From assembly GCF_000940845.1 (NCBI RefSeq), contig NZ_CP010341.1, positions 2,340,001-2,372,000 of the forward strand: a stretch of DNA of 32,000 bases. Direction: 5' to 3'. The notes beneath the pieces were generated by a model, which saw only the letters and a program-made list of their open reading frames with translations, was not told the DNA's origin and searched no databases. The DNA comes from Propionibacterium freudenreichii subsp. freudenreichii. Lineage in GTDB: Bacteria > Actinomycetota > Actinomycetes > Propionibacteriales > Propionibacteriaceae. Positions 8,735 to 16,507 of this stretch are shown piece by piece. Within the stretch, counting starts at the first letter, position 1. Every line of letters begins with the position of its first letter. Both the position numbers and the translations under genes were made by a program.

Positions 8735-8805
8735 CGGCCAACACGCGACACGAACGGGCAACACGCACCCCGTGCGGGCAACACCCGCGCGTGCTCGGAC
8801 AACAC
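8735..8805 (+). promoter_or_regulatory. Four phased direct repeats CGG-N-CAACAC upstream of the sigma-like gene
   Basis: CGGCCAACAC 8735-8744, CGGGCAACAC 8755-8764, CGGGCAACAC 8775-8784, CGGACAACAC 8796-8805. Spacing is 20, 20 and 21 bp. The last repeat ends 46 bp before ATG 8851. Confidence 0.55.
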
Positions 8806-8850
8806 CGGCGCACACACCTGCTCGGGAGGCTGTTGGGCAAGGAGGTCACC

Positions 8851-9816
8851 ATGACCACGCACCCGCAGTTCACCCGCCCCGTCGACGCAGAGGCCGCACC
8901 CCTGCATGCAGCGCGCACCTCGAGCACCGACATCGCCGTCGACAGCGCTCGTCCGGCCGGCATCGCCGCCCACACCAGCCCCACCGGACACACCGCGGCC
9001 ATCGGTCAGCTGGCCGAGGTCCGTCAACAGCGGGGCACGCCCACCCATGACGGAGCCATGATCCTCCAGCGCGCCGCTCAGCCAACCCGGCCGGGCACAC
9101 GACGCGCGGCCCGTCCCACCGAGGCACCCCTGACCCGCATCAGCGCGGGCACGCGGGTCTCCAGCGCCGACCCGGTGGTCGACGCGCTGCGCACCGAGTG
9201 GCAGGGATGGCGCGACCAGCCCCTCCCCGACGCATGGCGCTGCGCCTGCCCCGAGCTGGCGCAGGTGCCCAGCTTCCGGCAAGCACTCGAGGTGGCCTGC
9301 CTCGACGATGTCGCCGCCTTCCTGGTGATCGCCTGCCAGGGCGGGGGACGCCGCGCCGGCCGCCTGCTCGTCCAGGCACTCTTGCCACGACTGGCCGCGC
9401 AGGCCTCCCGTGACCGCCGCCACGAGGTGGGCGACTATGTCTCAACGCTGTGGGAGCTGCTGCACGACTTCCCCATCGAGCGTCGCACCCATGCTGTGGC
9501 CACCAACCTGGTGCTCGACACCCGCAAGCGCCTGCACCGTGCCGCGGGACGGGAGGTGCCCTGTTCGCAACCTCCCGAGCCACCCACCCCACCAGCCAGC
9601 AGCAGCCGGGAACGCGCCGCGGTGATCATCGACCTGGCGGCCCGTCGCGGACTCATCACCGCACCCAGTGCCGAGGTGCTGCGCAGCGTCTACCTGTACG
9701 GCCTGTCGGGACGCGAGGCCGCCGGACGACATGAGATGTCCGAGGACATGGTGCGCTACCGGTGCAGCTCGTCGGTGAAGCGCCTGCGCCGGCACATGAG
9801 CGATCTGGCGGGTTGA
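8851..9816 (+). CDS. Sigma-70-family-like protein with a long low-complexity N-terminal extension
   Basis: ORF 8791..9816. Start at ATG 8851 with AAGGAGG upstream. The C-terminal HTH resembles sigma region 4 (AEVLRSVYLYGLSGREAAGRHEMSEDMVRYRCSSSVKRLRRHM). The central segment (LLVQALLPRLAAQASRDRRHEVGDYVSTLWELLHDF) resembles region 2. About 140 aa of N-terminus is probably disordered. Confidence 0.6.
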   Translation: MTTHPQFTRPVDAEAAPLHAARTSSTDIAVDSARPAGIAAHTSPTGHTAAIGQLAEVRQQRGTPTHDGAMILQRAAQPTRPGTRRAARPTEAPLTRISAGTRVSSADPVVDALRTEWQGWRDQPLPDAWRCACPELAQVPSFRQALEVACLDDVAAFLVIACQGGGRRAGRLLVQALLPRLAAQASRDRRHEVGDYVSTLWELLHDFPIERRTHAVATNLVLDTRKRLHRAAGREVPCSQPPEPPTPPASSSRERAAVIIDLAARRGLITAPSAEVLRSVYLYGLSGREAAGRHEMSEDMVRYRCSSSVKRLRRHMSDLAG

Positions 9817-10074
9817 GCGGCCCGACACGCCAAGAACTTCAGAAGAATCTCAACCGGTTCTTGAGACTCCGCCACGCGTACCGGGCGCCAGATCCTGAGA
9901 GCGGGTCCAAAACTGAGAGCCAATTCTCACGTTCTGTTCATGTGTGTGTAGCATCGGACCAAGGTTGAGGGCTGATGCAGCACTCATTTCCCCGCACACA
10001 GCAGTCGCCGGGGGAATCGAGCAGAGCCGACCCACAACCGTCGTGAGGGTCCCCGGACCTTCACCCATAGACGC

Positions 10075-10120
10075 CCAGGGGGCTGTTGGGGGTGACCAGC
10101 AGCCCCTTGGTGCTTTTCTC
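10075..10120 (+). terminator. Strong intrinsic terminator
   Basis: CCAGGGGGCUGUUGG-GGGUGA-CCAGCAGCCCCUUGG: a 15-bp stem including G.U pairs and a 6-nt loop, followed by UGCUUUUCUCC. Only the + strand has the U-tail. Confidence 0.7.
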
Positions 10121-10236
10121 CTCCATGTCGTGCATCCCCTCGCCGACTGATGCCCCGCGTGCGCCGGCGGCAGCGCGATACGATTCGGATGCTCTCAGCG
10201 CCGACCCGTGCAAACCAATCGTTCGAAGGGGAGTAC

Positions 10237-11577
10237 GTGGAATTCACCCAACGACTGCGCCGACTGTGGCGCCATCGTGCGTTCCGACGCCTCACGCTGG
10301 TGAGGCTGTTCTCCCAGACCGGCGACGGCACCGTGCAGATCGGCATGGCGTCCTATCTGCTGTTCAGCCCGCAGAGCGCCACCAGCGCCTGGGCCGTGGC
10401 GGGGGTGCTGGCGCTCACGATGCTCCCCTACTCGCTGGTCGGGCCGTTCGTCTCGTTGGCGCTCGACCGCTTCCCGCGGCAGCGCATCTCACTGCTCGTC
10501 GACACGGTGCGGGCCATCTGCTCGGTGGTGCTGGCGATGATGATCGCCAACCACCTCACCGGTGCCGGCAGCCAGGTGGCACTGATGCTCCTGCTGCTGG
10601 TGATGCTGAGCCTCAACCGCTTCTCACTGGCCGGCCTGTCGGCCGGGCTTGCCTACACGGTGGACGACGATGAATACCTCGATGCCAGTTCGATCATGCC
10701 GATGATCGGGCCGGTGGGCATGATCATCGGCGGTGGTTCGGGCGGGGCCATCCGGCTGTTCGCCGCCGACCCGCTGGGCATTGACGGCGCCAATGCGCTG
10801 ATCTTCGGGGTGGGCGCCCTGTTCTTCTGCCTGTCGGTGGCCACGTTGTGGCGCATCCCGAGGGCCGGGCTGGGCCCCGACACCCCCGACCACCACGGCT
10901 CGGCACGCGAGGTGGCCGCCGGGCTGGTCGACGGCTTCCGTCACCTGATGGCACACCGTCCGGCATGGTTGGCGATGGCCACCGAGGTGGTCGTGCGACT
11001 CGGCTACGGCCTGCTCATGGCGTTCGTGATCGTGATCTACCGCCACCATTTCTTCCCGAATGCCGACCAGCTCAACCTGGCGATCTTCGGCATCGGCATC
11101 TGGTTCCTGGTCAGCGGGGTGGGCTTCGCCCTGTCCGGAGTGATCTCGGTGCCGATCGCCAACCACCTGGGCGTGCGCTACTGCATCATCGCGATGCTGG
11201 TGGTGATGGGCGTCTCGCAGGCCGTGGTGGGCACGGTGTTCTGGGCGCCGGCGCTGGTGGCCAACGGCTTCATCATCGGCCTGGCCGGCCAGTCACTGAA
11301 GGTGCAGGTGGACACCGTGGTGCAGGCCCACATCGCCGACTCGCACCGCGGCCGGGTGTTCACCATCTACGACGTGGTCTACAACGTCGCCACCGTGCTC
11401 GGTGCCGTGATCGGCGCGCTGCTGCTCGCCCCCGACGGGGTAAGCCCCGCCCTGACGATCGGCGCCGGCGTGTTCTACCTGCTTGCCGCGCTGGCGTTCA
11501 CCATCGGATCCCATTCGCTGGGCAATGCCACCTTCAACAAGGGCACCCGCGCGGTCTCGCCGGTTGAGGTGCCCTGA
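10237..11577 (+). CDS. MFS transporter
   Basis: ORF 10150..11577 with about 12 hydrophobic segments. N-terminus EFTQRLRRLWRHRAFRRLTLVRLFSQTGDG...LDRFPRQR is typical of the MFS_3/EntS-like group. Start at GTG 10237 (GAAGGGGAG upstream); ATG 10189 is an alternative. Confidence 0.85.
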   Translation: MEFTQRLRRLWRHRAFRRLTLVRLFSQTGDGTVQIGMASYLLFSPQSATSAWAVAGVLALTMLPYSLVGPFVSLALDRFPRQRISLLVDTVRAICSVVLAMMIANHLTGAGSQVALMLLLLVMLSLNRFSLAGLSAGLAYTVDDDEYLDASSIMPMIGPVGMIIGGGSGGAIRLFAADPLGIDGANALIFGVGALFFCLSVATLWRIPRAGLGPDTPDHHGSAREVAAGLVDGFRHLMAHRPAWLAMATEVVVRLGYGLLMAFVIVIYRHHFFPNADQLNLAIFGIGIWFLVSGVGFALSGVISVPIANHLGVRYCIIAMLVVMGVSQAVVGTVFWAPALVANGFIIGLAGQSLKVQVDTVVQAHIADSHRGRVFTIYDVVYNVATVLGAVIGALLLAPDGVSPALTIGAGVFYLLAALAFTIGSHSLGNATFNKGTRAVSPVEVP

Positions 11578-12167
11578 TGGGCCACATCCTGTCGTCGGCG
11601 TTCACGCTGTTCCTGGTGATGGACCCGTTGGGCAATATCCCGCTGTTCCTCACGGCGTTGCGCCATGTGCCGGCGTCACGACGCCAGAAGGTGCTCGCCC
11701 GCGAGTTGTTGATCGCCCTGGTGATCATGGTGATCTTCCTGCTTGCCGGACGCGGCCTGCTCGCCGTGCTGCACGTCACCCAGCCCGCGCTTGCGACGGC
11801 CGGGGGCCTGATCCTGCTGCTCATCGCGGTGCGGATGATGTTCCCCACCCCCGAGGCCTCGCTACGGGAACGCACCTTCGAGGAGCCGCTGATCGTGCCG
11901 CTGGCGGTGCCCTACACGGCCGGGCCCTCGGTGCTTGCCATCGAGGTGATCATGATCAACCAGACGCCCGACGCCATGCCGGCGCTGCTCGCGGCGGTTG
12001 GCTTCGCCTGGTTGCCCACTGCGCTGATCCTGTTCTTCGCCGGATACCTGCACCACTGGTTGGGCGAGCGGTTCCTCACCGCCATCGAACGCCTGATGGG
12101 CATGATCCTGATCATCGTGGCCACGCAGATGCTCATGGGCGGCGTGAAGGAGTTCTTCGGCTTCTGA
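11577..12167 (+). CDS. MarC-family (UPF0056) integral membrane protein
   Basis: MGHILSSAFTLFLVMDPLGNIPLFLTAL... is the family's signature N-terminus. The start overlaps the MFS stop (TGATG). Confidence 0.85.
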   Translation: MGHILSSAFTLFLVMDPLGNIPLFLTALRHVPASRRQKVLARELLIALVIMVIFLLAGRGLLAVLHVTQPALATAGGLILLLIAVRMMFPTPEASLRERTFEEPLIVPLAVPYTAGPSVLAIEVIMINQTPDAMPALLAAVGFAWLPTALILFFAGYLHHWLGERFLTAIERLMGMILIIVATQMLMGGVKEFFGF

Positions 12168-12177
12168 GGCGTCCGGC

Positions 12178-15100
12178 TCATGCCAGCCGTGCGCGGGCCT
12201 GGCCCTCCATCACCTCCTGCAACAGTTCGACGGTCTCGTCCTGCAGGTCGACGCCCAACAGCCGTGCATGGCGGGTGATGTGCAACACGAGCCGCTCCAC
12301 CTCGAACCGGTTGCCGGCCAGGTGCTCGGAGCGCAACCGCAGGCGCAGCAACATCTCGTCCTCCGGGGCGGCGCTCAATGCCCGTGCCGCAGCCCACCGG
12401 GCGAGGTCGACGTTCCCGGCGGCCAGGCCGCGTTCCCCCAGGGTGACCCCGATGTCGCGGATGGTGCACACCATGTCGGTGCGCAGTTCCTCGGCCCAAC
12501 GCCATTCGCCGGGTGCCGCGTCGGCCAGTGGCGCGCCACGCACCATCGACAGGGCGGCCACCAGGGCCTCATCGCCGGCCTTGTTGACGCCCACCGAGAT
12601 CAGCAGCTGCAGCTGCTCCCAGTCGGAACTGACGCCGGGATGCAGCGCGATGTGGCCGGTGTAGGCATCGGGCAGATAGGGCTCGCCGGCCTCGTCGGCC
12701 CCCAACCAGGCACGCAGCCGCGACATGTTCGAGCGTCGGGTGGTGTCGGCGATGAGCAGGTCGCGTGTCATGCGCACGGCGTTCGATCCGGGATGGTGCA
12801 GGATCCATGCGCAGTATTCCTGGCACTGGCGCACGGCCCGGCTGGGCTGGCGTCCCCGGGTGTTGACCAGCTCAACCGGCCCCAGGATCTTGAGGAAGGG
12901 TGCATCTATCGGCGGCGCAAGCACGGTGGACTCCTCCGGTAATGAGGTGGCGGGAACGGTGGGTAGGGCGACGAGCGGCACATCCGCGCCGGCGGGTGGG
13001 CCGGCATGGGGGTCGCCGTCACCGTCGAAGCGCCACCACCACGCCTCCTCGTAGTCGGTGTCGTCCGCGGCGTCGAGCAGCTCGACGATGGCCCGGCGTG
13101 CCGGCGGCATCACCAGGTCGGGGGTGAACTCGGTGCCCCGCCAGCGGGCCCGGTCTTCGCCCAGTACGAGCGGGCACTCGTGCGCGTCGTCGTGGCAGAC
13201 CACCGCGATTCCCAGGCGCCGCAGCGCCTCCGGACTCTCGGTGCATGGGTCGTGCAGGAAGAACACGGCGGGCAACCAGGCGTCGCGCAGCTCCGGGTCC
13301 AGGCGCAGGACGTCGGCGTCGCGATCGGGGGGCAGGTTTCCGCTGCGGTGGGCGACCAGGGCCGCCAACCGCGCCGCCAGGTCGTCCTCGCTGGCCGCGA
13401 CGAGCAGGTTCGGTGCTTCGAGGCGTTCCAGCCAGCCACAGTCGGGTGGCACATGCACTTCGGCGACGGCCTGGTTGGCCGACAGCTGCACCGCCATGGC
13501 GGCGAACAGGCCGGTCACCAGTTCGGTGTCGGGGGAGCTGACCGCCAGCACCCCCAGGGATGCGAGGTCCAGGCGCACCGGGTCGTCCCCGGCGACGCCC
13601 AGCTGCACGGCCCCGCCGCCTGCGTCCTGCGGGATCAACCCACCGGGGCCCAGGTCGTCAGGGGCCGGGTCGTCAGGGTCCATGTCTTCAGGGCCCATGT
13701 CGTCTGGGCCCGGGCCACCGGCCTCGATGTCGCCACGGTGCGGGACACCATCAAGGCCCCCAGTGGCCGGATCAATCACCGAAGGGTCGCCACGGTCGCC
13801 AGTGCTGAGGCGTCCGACCGGCTCGTCCGGCCATGATCGATCAAGGGACGAGCTCCGGGCCCCGGGGCGGGAGATCTCGAGGACATCGGCCACATCGTCC
13901 GCGCCGGGCGCGCCGGGCGCGCCGTGCATGCCCCGCACCGACCCGGGCGACGCCGAGACCGCGGCAAGGGCCGCTCCGGCGCGGGCGCTGTCTGCACCCA
14001 CGGCGTGGCGGCGGCGTCCCAGCGGACGCGCATTGAGCTGCCAGCGACGCCGCAGTCCCAGCACGCCCAGTACGGCAGCGGCGGAGGCCGCCCCGATCGG
14101 GCCCACCAACGAGAGCACCTGATTGCGCACATCGCGCTGGCTGCTCAACACCGCTCCGTCGCGCGCGGCCTGCTGAGCGGGTTCCTCACCGGTCGCCGAT
14201 TCCGCCACTCCCGTCCAGCGCGCGATGTCCGAGGCGCCGGCCTCGTCTGATGACGCCTCGCGCGCGGAGGTCTCCTCGCCGGAAGACCCCTGCGATGCGG
14301 CGTCGTGCCCCTCGCCGGCGGATTCGCTCGCAGGCCCGTGCGCGCGTGCCGTGCCGGAACTCGCGTCGGCCACGGCATGGTCCCGGGATTCCTGCTCCCC
14401 GGCCGCTGGGTCGGCATCTGCTCCCACGCCACCGGCCCGGGCCACCTCGTCCGGCGCTGCTGCGTGGGCGTCGCCGCCTGCGTTTCCGGGCACCACGGCC
14501 CGAGCCCCGGTCCCTGTCCCGTCAACCAGTTGGAAGTCGGCACGCTGGGGGCCGGCCGGCTGTGAACCGGCCGTTGTGGCGGGCCCCTGCCCCGGTGCCA
14601 CCGCGGGCAGCACCAGGCGCTGTCCGGGGTGGATCAGGTCGGGTTGTGGCACCTCCCCCGCGTTCGCGGCGGCCAACAGGGGCCACTGCGCACCGCCACC
14701 CAGATGGGTCTCAGCCAGCTGCCACAGCGTGTCGCCCGGGGCGACGACAACATCGCCGCCGCCATGGCCGGCACCCGATGGATCCGGCGACGCGGGTGGC
14801 TCAGCGGGCACTGCCGCTTCCCCGTTCCCGCCCGCATCCGGCTGTCCGGCTTCGTCGGCCTGCCCCGTTCCGGTCGCTGGCCCAGCATCATCTGACAACC
14901 CGGCATCATCTGACAACCCAGCATCATCCGAGAACCCGGCGCCTTCCGGCGACCCTGGATCATCCGGCGACCCTGCATCGAGGGATGGCTCCGCCGACTC
15001 GTCCACACCGTCGTCGTCCGTCACGATGGCCGAACCATCCGGACCGCCGTCGGACAGGACGGCCACGCCGTCCGGATCGTCCTCGTCAGACGGGGCGTGC

Positions 15101-15888
15101 GCCCCGAACTCCTCATTGAGCAGCTGGACGGTCGAGTTGGCGACGGCCCCTTCGGATGCGTGCGATCCCTCGGGAACCGCCGTGTCCTGCAGGGCGTCGG
15201 GCACCGTCGCGCCGGGAATCTCGATCATCACGCCCACGGGCAGGGCGTCCACGGCGGAAAGCCCCAGCGTGGCGTTCGCCCCGACGATGTCGCGCCACTG
15301 TTCCCCGGCGCCGTAGTAGTGCTCGGCCAGGGTCCACAGGTCGTCACCGGAGACGATCTGGTGCCACTGGGAATCGGCCCGAGGGCTTGTTGCTGCCGAG
15401 TCGGTACGGGAATCCCGTGACGGTGCTTCCTGCGCATCTGCTGCGGCCAGGGGCGTCGCAGCCGCCGGCCCCTCCCCCGCTACTGACTCCGCAGACACTG
15501 CGGCCGACGTGGACGACACCGAGGCACAGGGCGCGGAGTTCGTCGCAGCCGATTGCACGCCGATCAGCCCGGCGATGGAGGCGACGAGCACGGCGGCGGC
15601 CGGACCGAACAGCCGTGATCCCGGAAGGCGCACCGAGATGCGGCCATGGCTCACCGCCGACAGTGCCTCGGCCACCACCGAGCCGGTGAGCATTGCCCAC
15701 GCGACCCAGCCGAGCACGGTGAGGGCCAACAACACCAGGGAGCCGTCGTCGGGACGCGAGAGGATGCCCGACCACTCGATGCTGAACAGCAGGTCTCCGC
15801 GGCCCCAGTGCACCAGGGCGATGGCCCCGCCGGGGACCAACGCGAGCAGCACGAGCAGGGACGTGACACTCGACAGGACTCTTCTCAT
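12178..15888 (-). CDS. Membrane-anchored LysM x2 / winged-helix + BTAD (SARP-like) fusion protein, last gene of the tad operon
   Basis: 1236 aa. Three N-terminal TM segments (approx. aa 5-27, 50-75, 93-113). LysM-like segments: HQIVSGDDLWTLAEHYYGAGEQWRDIVGANATLGLSAVDALPVGVMIEIPG (DNA 15211-15363) and VVVAPGDTLWQLAETHLGGGAQWPLLAAANAGEVPQPDLIHPGQRLVLP (DNA 14605-14754). Fourth TM VLSLVGPIGAASAAAVLGVLGL is followed by RRRWQLNARPLGRRRH. The C-terminal 239 aa (DNA 12181-12897), FLKILGPVELVNTRGRQPSR...MSRLRAWLG...DWEQLQLLI...EWRWAEELR...LLRLRLRSEHLAGNRFEVERL, fits OmpR-type wHTH plus BTAD. ATGA overlap with the upstream tadE-like gene. Confidence 0.85.
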   Translation of the reverse strand: MRRVLSSVTSLLVLLALVPGGAIALVHWGRGDLLFSIEWSGILSRPDDGSLVLLALTVLGWVAWAMLTGSVVAEALSAVSHGRISVRLPGSRLFGPAAAVLVASIAGLIGVQSAATNSAPCASVSSTSAAVSAESVAGEGPAAATPLAAADAQEAPSRDSRTDSAATSPRADSQWHQIVSGDDLWTLAEHYYGAGEQWRDIVGANATLGLSAVDALPVGVMIEIPGATVPDALQDTAVPEGSHASEGAVANSTVQLLNEEFGAHAPSDEDDPDGVAVLSDGGPDGSAIVTDDDGVDESAEPSLDAGSPDDPGSPEGAGFSDDAGLSDDAGLSDDAGPATGTGQADEAGQPDAGGNGEAAVPAEPPASPDPSGAGHGGGDVVVAPGDTLWQLAETHLGGGAQWPLLAAANAGEVPQPDLIHPGQRLVLPAVAPGQGPATTAGSQPAGPQRADFQLVDGTGTGARAVVPGNAGGDAHAAAPDEVARAGGVGADADPAAGEQESRDHAVADASSGTARAHGPASESAGEGHDAASQGSSGEETSAREASSDEAGASDIARWTGVAESATGEEPAQQAARDGAVLSSQRDVRNQVLSLVGPIGAASAAAVLGVLGLRRRWQLNARPLGRRRHAVGADSARAGAALAAVSASPGSVRGMHGAPGAPGADDVADVLEISRPGARSSSLDRSWPDEPVGRLSTGDRGDPSVIDPATGGLDGVPHRGDIEAGGPGPDDMGPEDMDPDDPAPDDLGPGGLIPQDAGGGAVQLGVAGDDPVRLDLASLGVLAVSSPDTELVTGLFAAMAVQLSANQAVAEVHVPPDCGWLERLEAPNLLVAASEDDLAARLAALVAHRSGNLPPDRDADVLRLDPELRDAWLPAVFFLHDPCTESPEALRRLGIAVVCHDDAHECPLVLGEDRARWRGTEFTPDLVMPPARRAIVELLDAADDTDYEEAWWWRFDGDGDPHAGPPAGADVPLVALPTVPATSLPEESTVLAPPIDAPFLKILGPVELVNTRGRQPSRAVRQCQEYCAWILHHPGSNAVRMTRDLLIADTTRRSNMSRLRAWLGADEAGEPYLPDAYTGHIALHPGVSSDWEQLQLLISVGVNKAGDEALVAALSMVRGAPLADAAPGEWRWAEELRTDMVCTIRDIGVTLGERGLAAGNVDLARWAAARALSAAPEDEMLLRLRLRSEHLAGNRFEVERLVLHITRHARLLGVDLQDETVELLQEVMEGQARARLA

Positions 15889-16442
15889 GGCCTTCGCTCC
15901 TTGTAGGTGTCCAGCCGCGACACGGCATGGCCGGTGGCTTCCAGGGTCCCGGGCATCGCCAGCACGAGGTCCGAGAACGCGACCCGGCAGGTGACGTCGA
16001 CGCCGATCTCGCCGGAGCGGCCCGCCGCCAGGGAGAAGGCCGAACCGTCGACCTGCACCTCGGGGTCGACACAGTGGCTGGACACGGCGTCAAGGTCGGC
16101 GGCGATGGCCGATCGGGCGGCCTGGACGGCCTTGTCGTGGGTTGCGGCAAGGCTCGCTGCCCGGGCACCGGCCGCGGCGGCGTCGTGCACCTGGGCACGC
16201 ACCGACCAGATGCGCCACCCGGCAGTCATCAGGGCGATGAACAGGACGATTCCGGGCACGATCACCACCACTTCGATGCTCACCGCTCCCCGCTCGCCGT
16301 GCCGGCTCTCCCGCCGACCTGCCTTCCGACCTACCCACTCGCGCGGGCCGGCCCACCTGCGGCGTCCCGAGCTCTCCGGGGACGCGGCTTCGTGCACGGC
16401 CCTGCCGCCGACGTGTCGGCCGGTCCGGCCCAGCGTGTTCAC
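15885..16442 (-). CDS. TadE/TadG-like pseudopilin
   Basis: ...GERGAVSIEVVVIVPGIVLFIALMTAGWRIWSVRAQVHDAAAAGARAASLA: the G/AVSIE processing-type motif plus a hydrophobic helix is typical of the TadE-like domain. GTG start at 16442. Confidence 0.8.
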   Translation of the reverse strand: MNTLGRTGRHVGGRAVHEAASPESSGRRRWAGPREWVGRKAGRRESRHGERGAVSIEVVVIVPGIVLFIALMTAGWRIWSVRAQVHDAAAAGARAASLAATHDKAVQAARSAIAADLDAVSSHCVDPEVQVDGSAFSLAAGRSGEIGVDVTCRVAFSDLVLAMPGTLEATGHAVSRLDTYKERRP

Positions 16443-16507
16443 GGTGTGGTCAACCCCTCCTGCTGTTTGCTTGCCCGGGTGCTTCCCGGCCGTACTCGTC
16501 CCGGGCC

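Noticed and set aside
8684-8739. Two adjacent hairpins with C-rich loops (GGTCGGC-acgCUCCCCUCCggc-GCCGACC and GGCCG-ACCCCGUC-CGGCC) as a possible 6C sRNA
   Set aside because: The loops lack the run of at least 6 C residues. The second stem is only 5 bp and overlaps the first CGGNCAACAC repeat. No terminator follows. GC-rich DNA produces such hairpins easily. Kept only as something to test with the Rfam model.
9843-9868. Inverted repeat TCTCAA-ccggttc-TTGAGA right after the sigma-like gene as a terminator
   Set aside because: It is a 6-bp AU-rich stem with no U-tail. It is unlikely to terminate transcription, and the strong terminator at 10075-10120 is the better candidate.
9880-10236. Resemblance to known riboswitches: 'GGUCCaaaaCUGAGAG' vs the ykkC/guanidine-I GGUCCGAGAG element, and 'GGGGAGUA' vs the yybP-ykoY motif
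   Set aside because: Only isolated short matches. The other conserved blocks of those classes are not present, and GGGGAG at 10225-10230 is more simply the MFS gene's ribosome-binding site.
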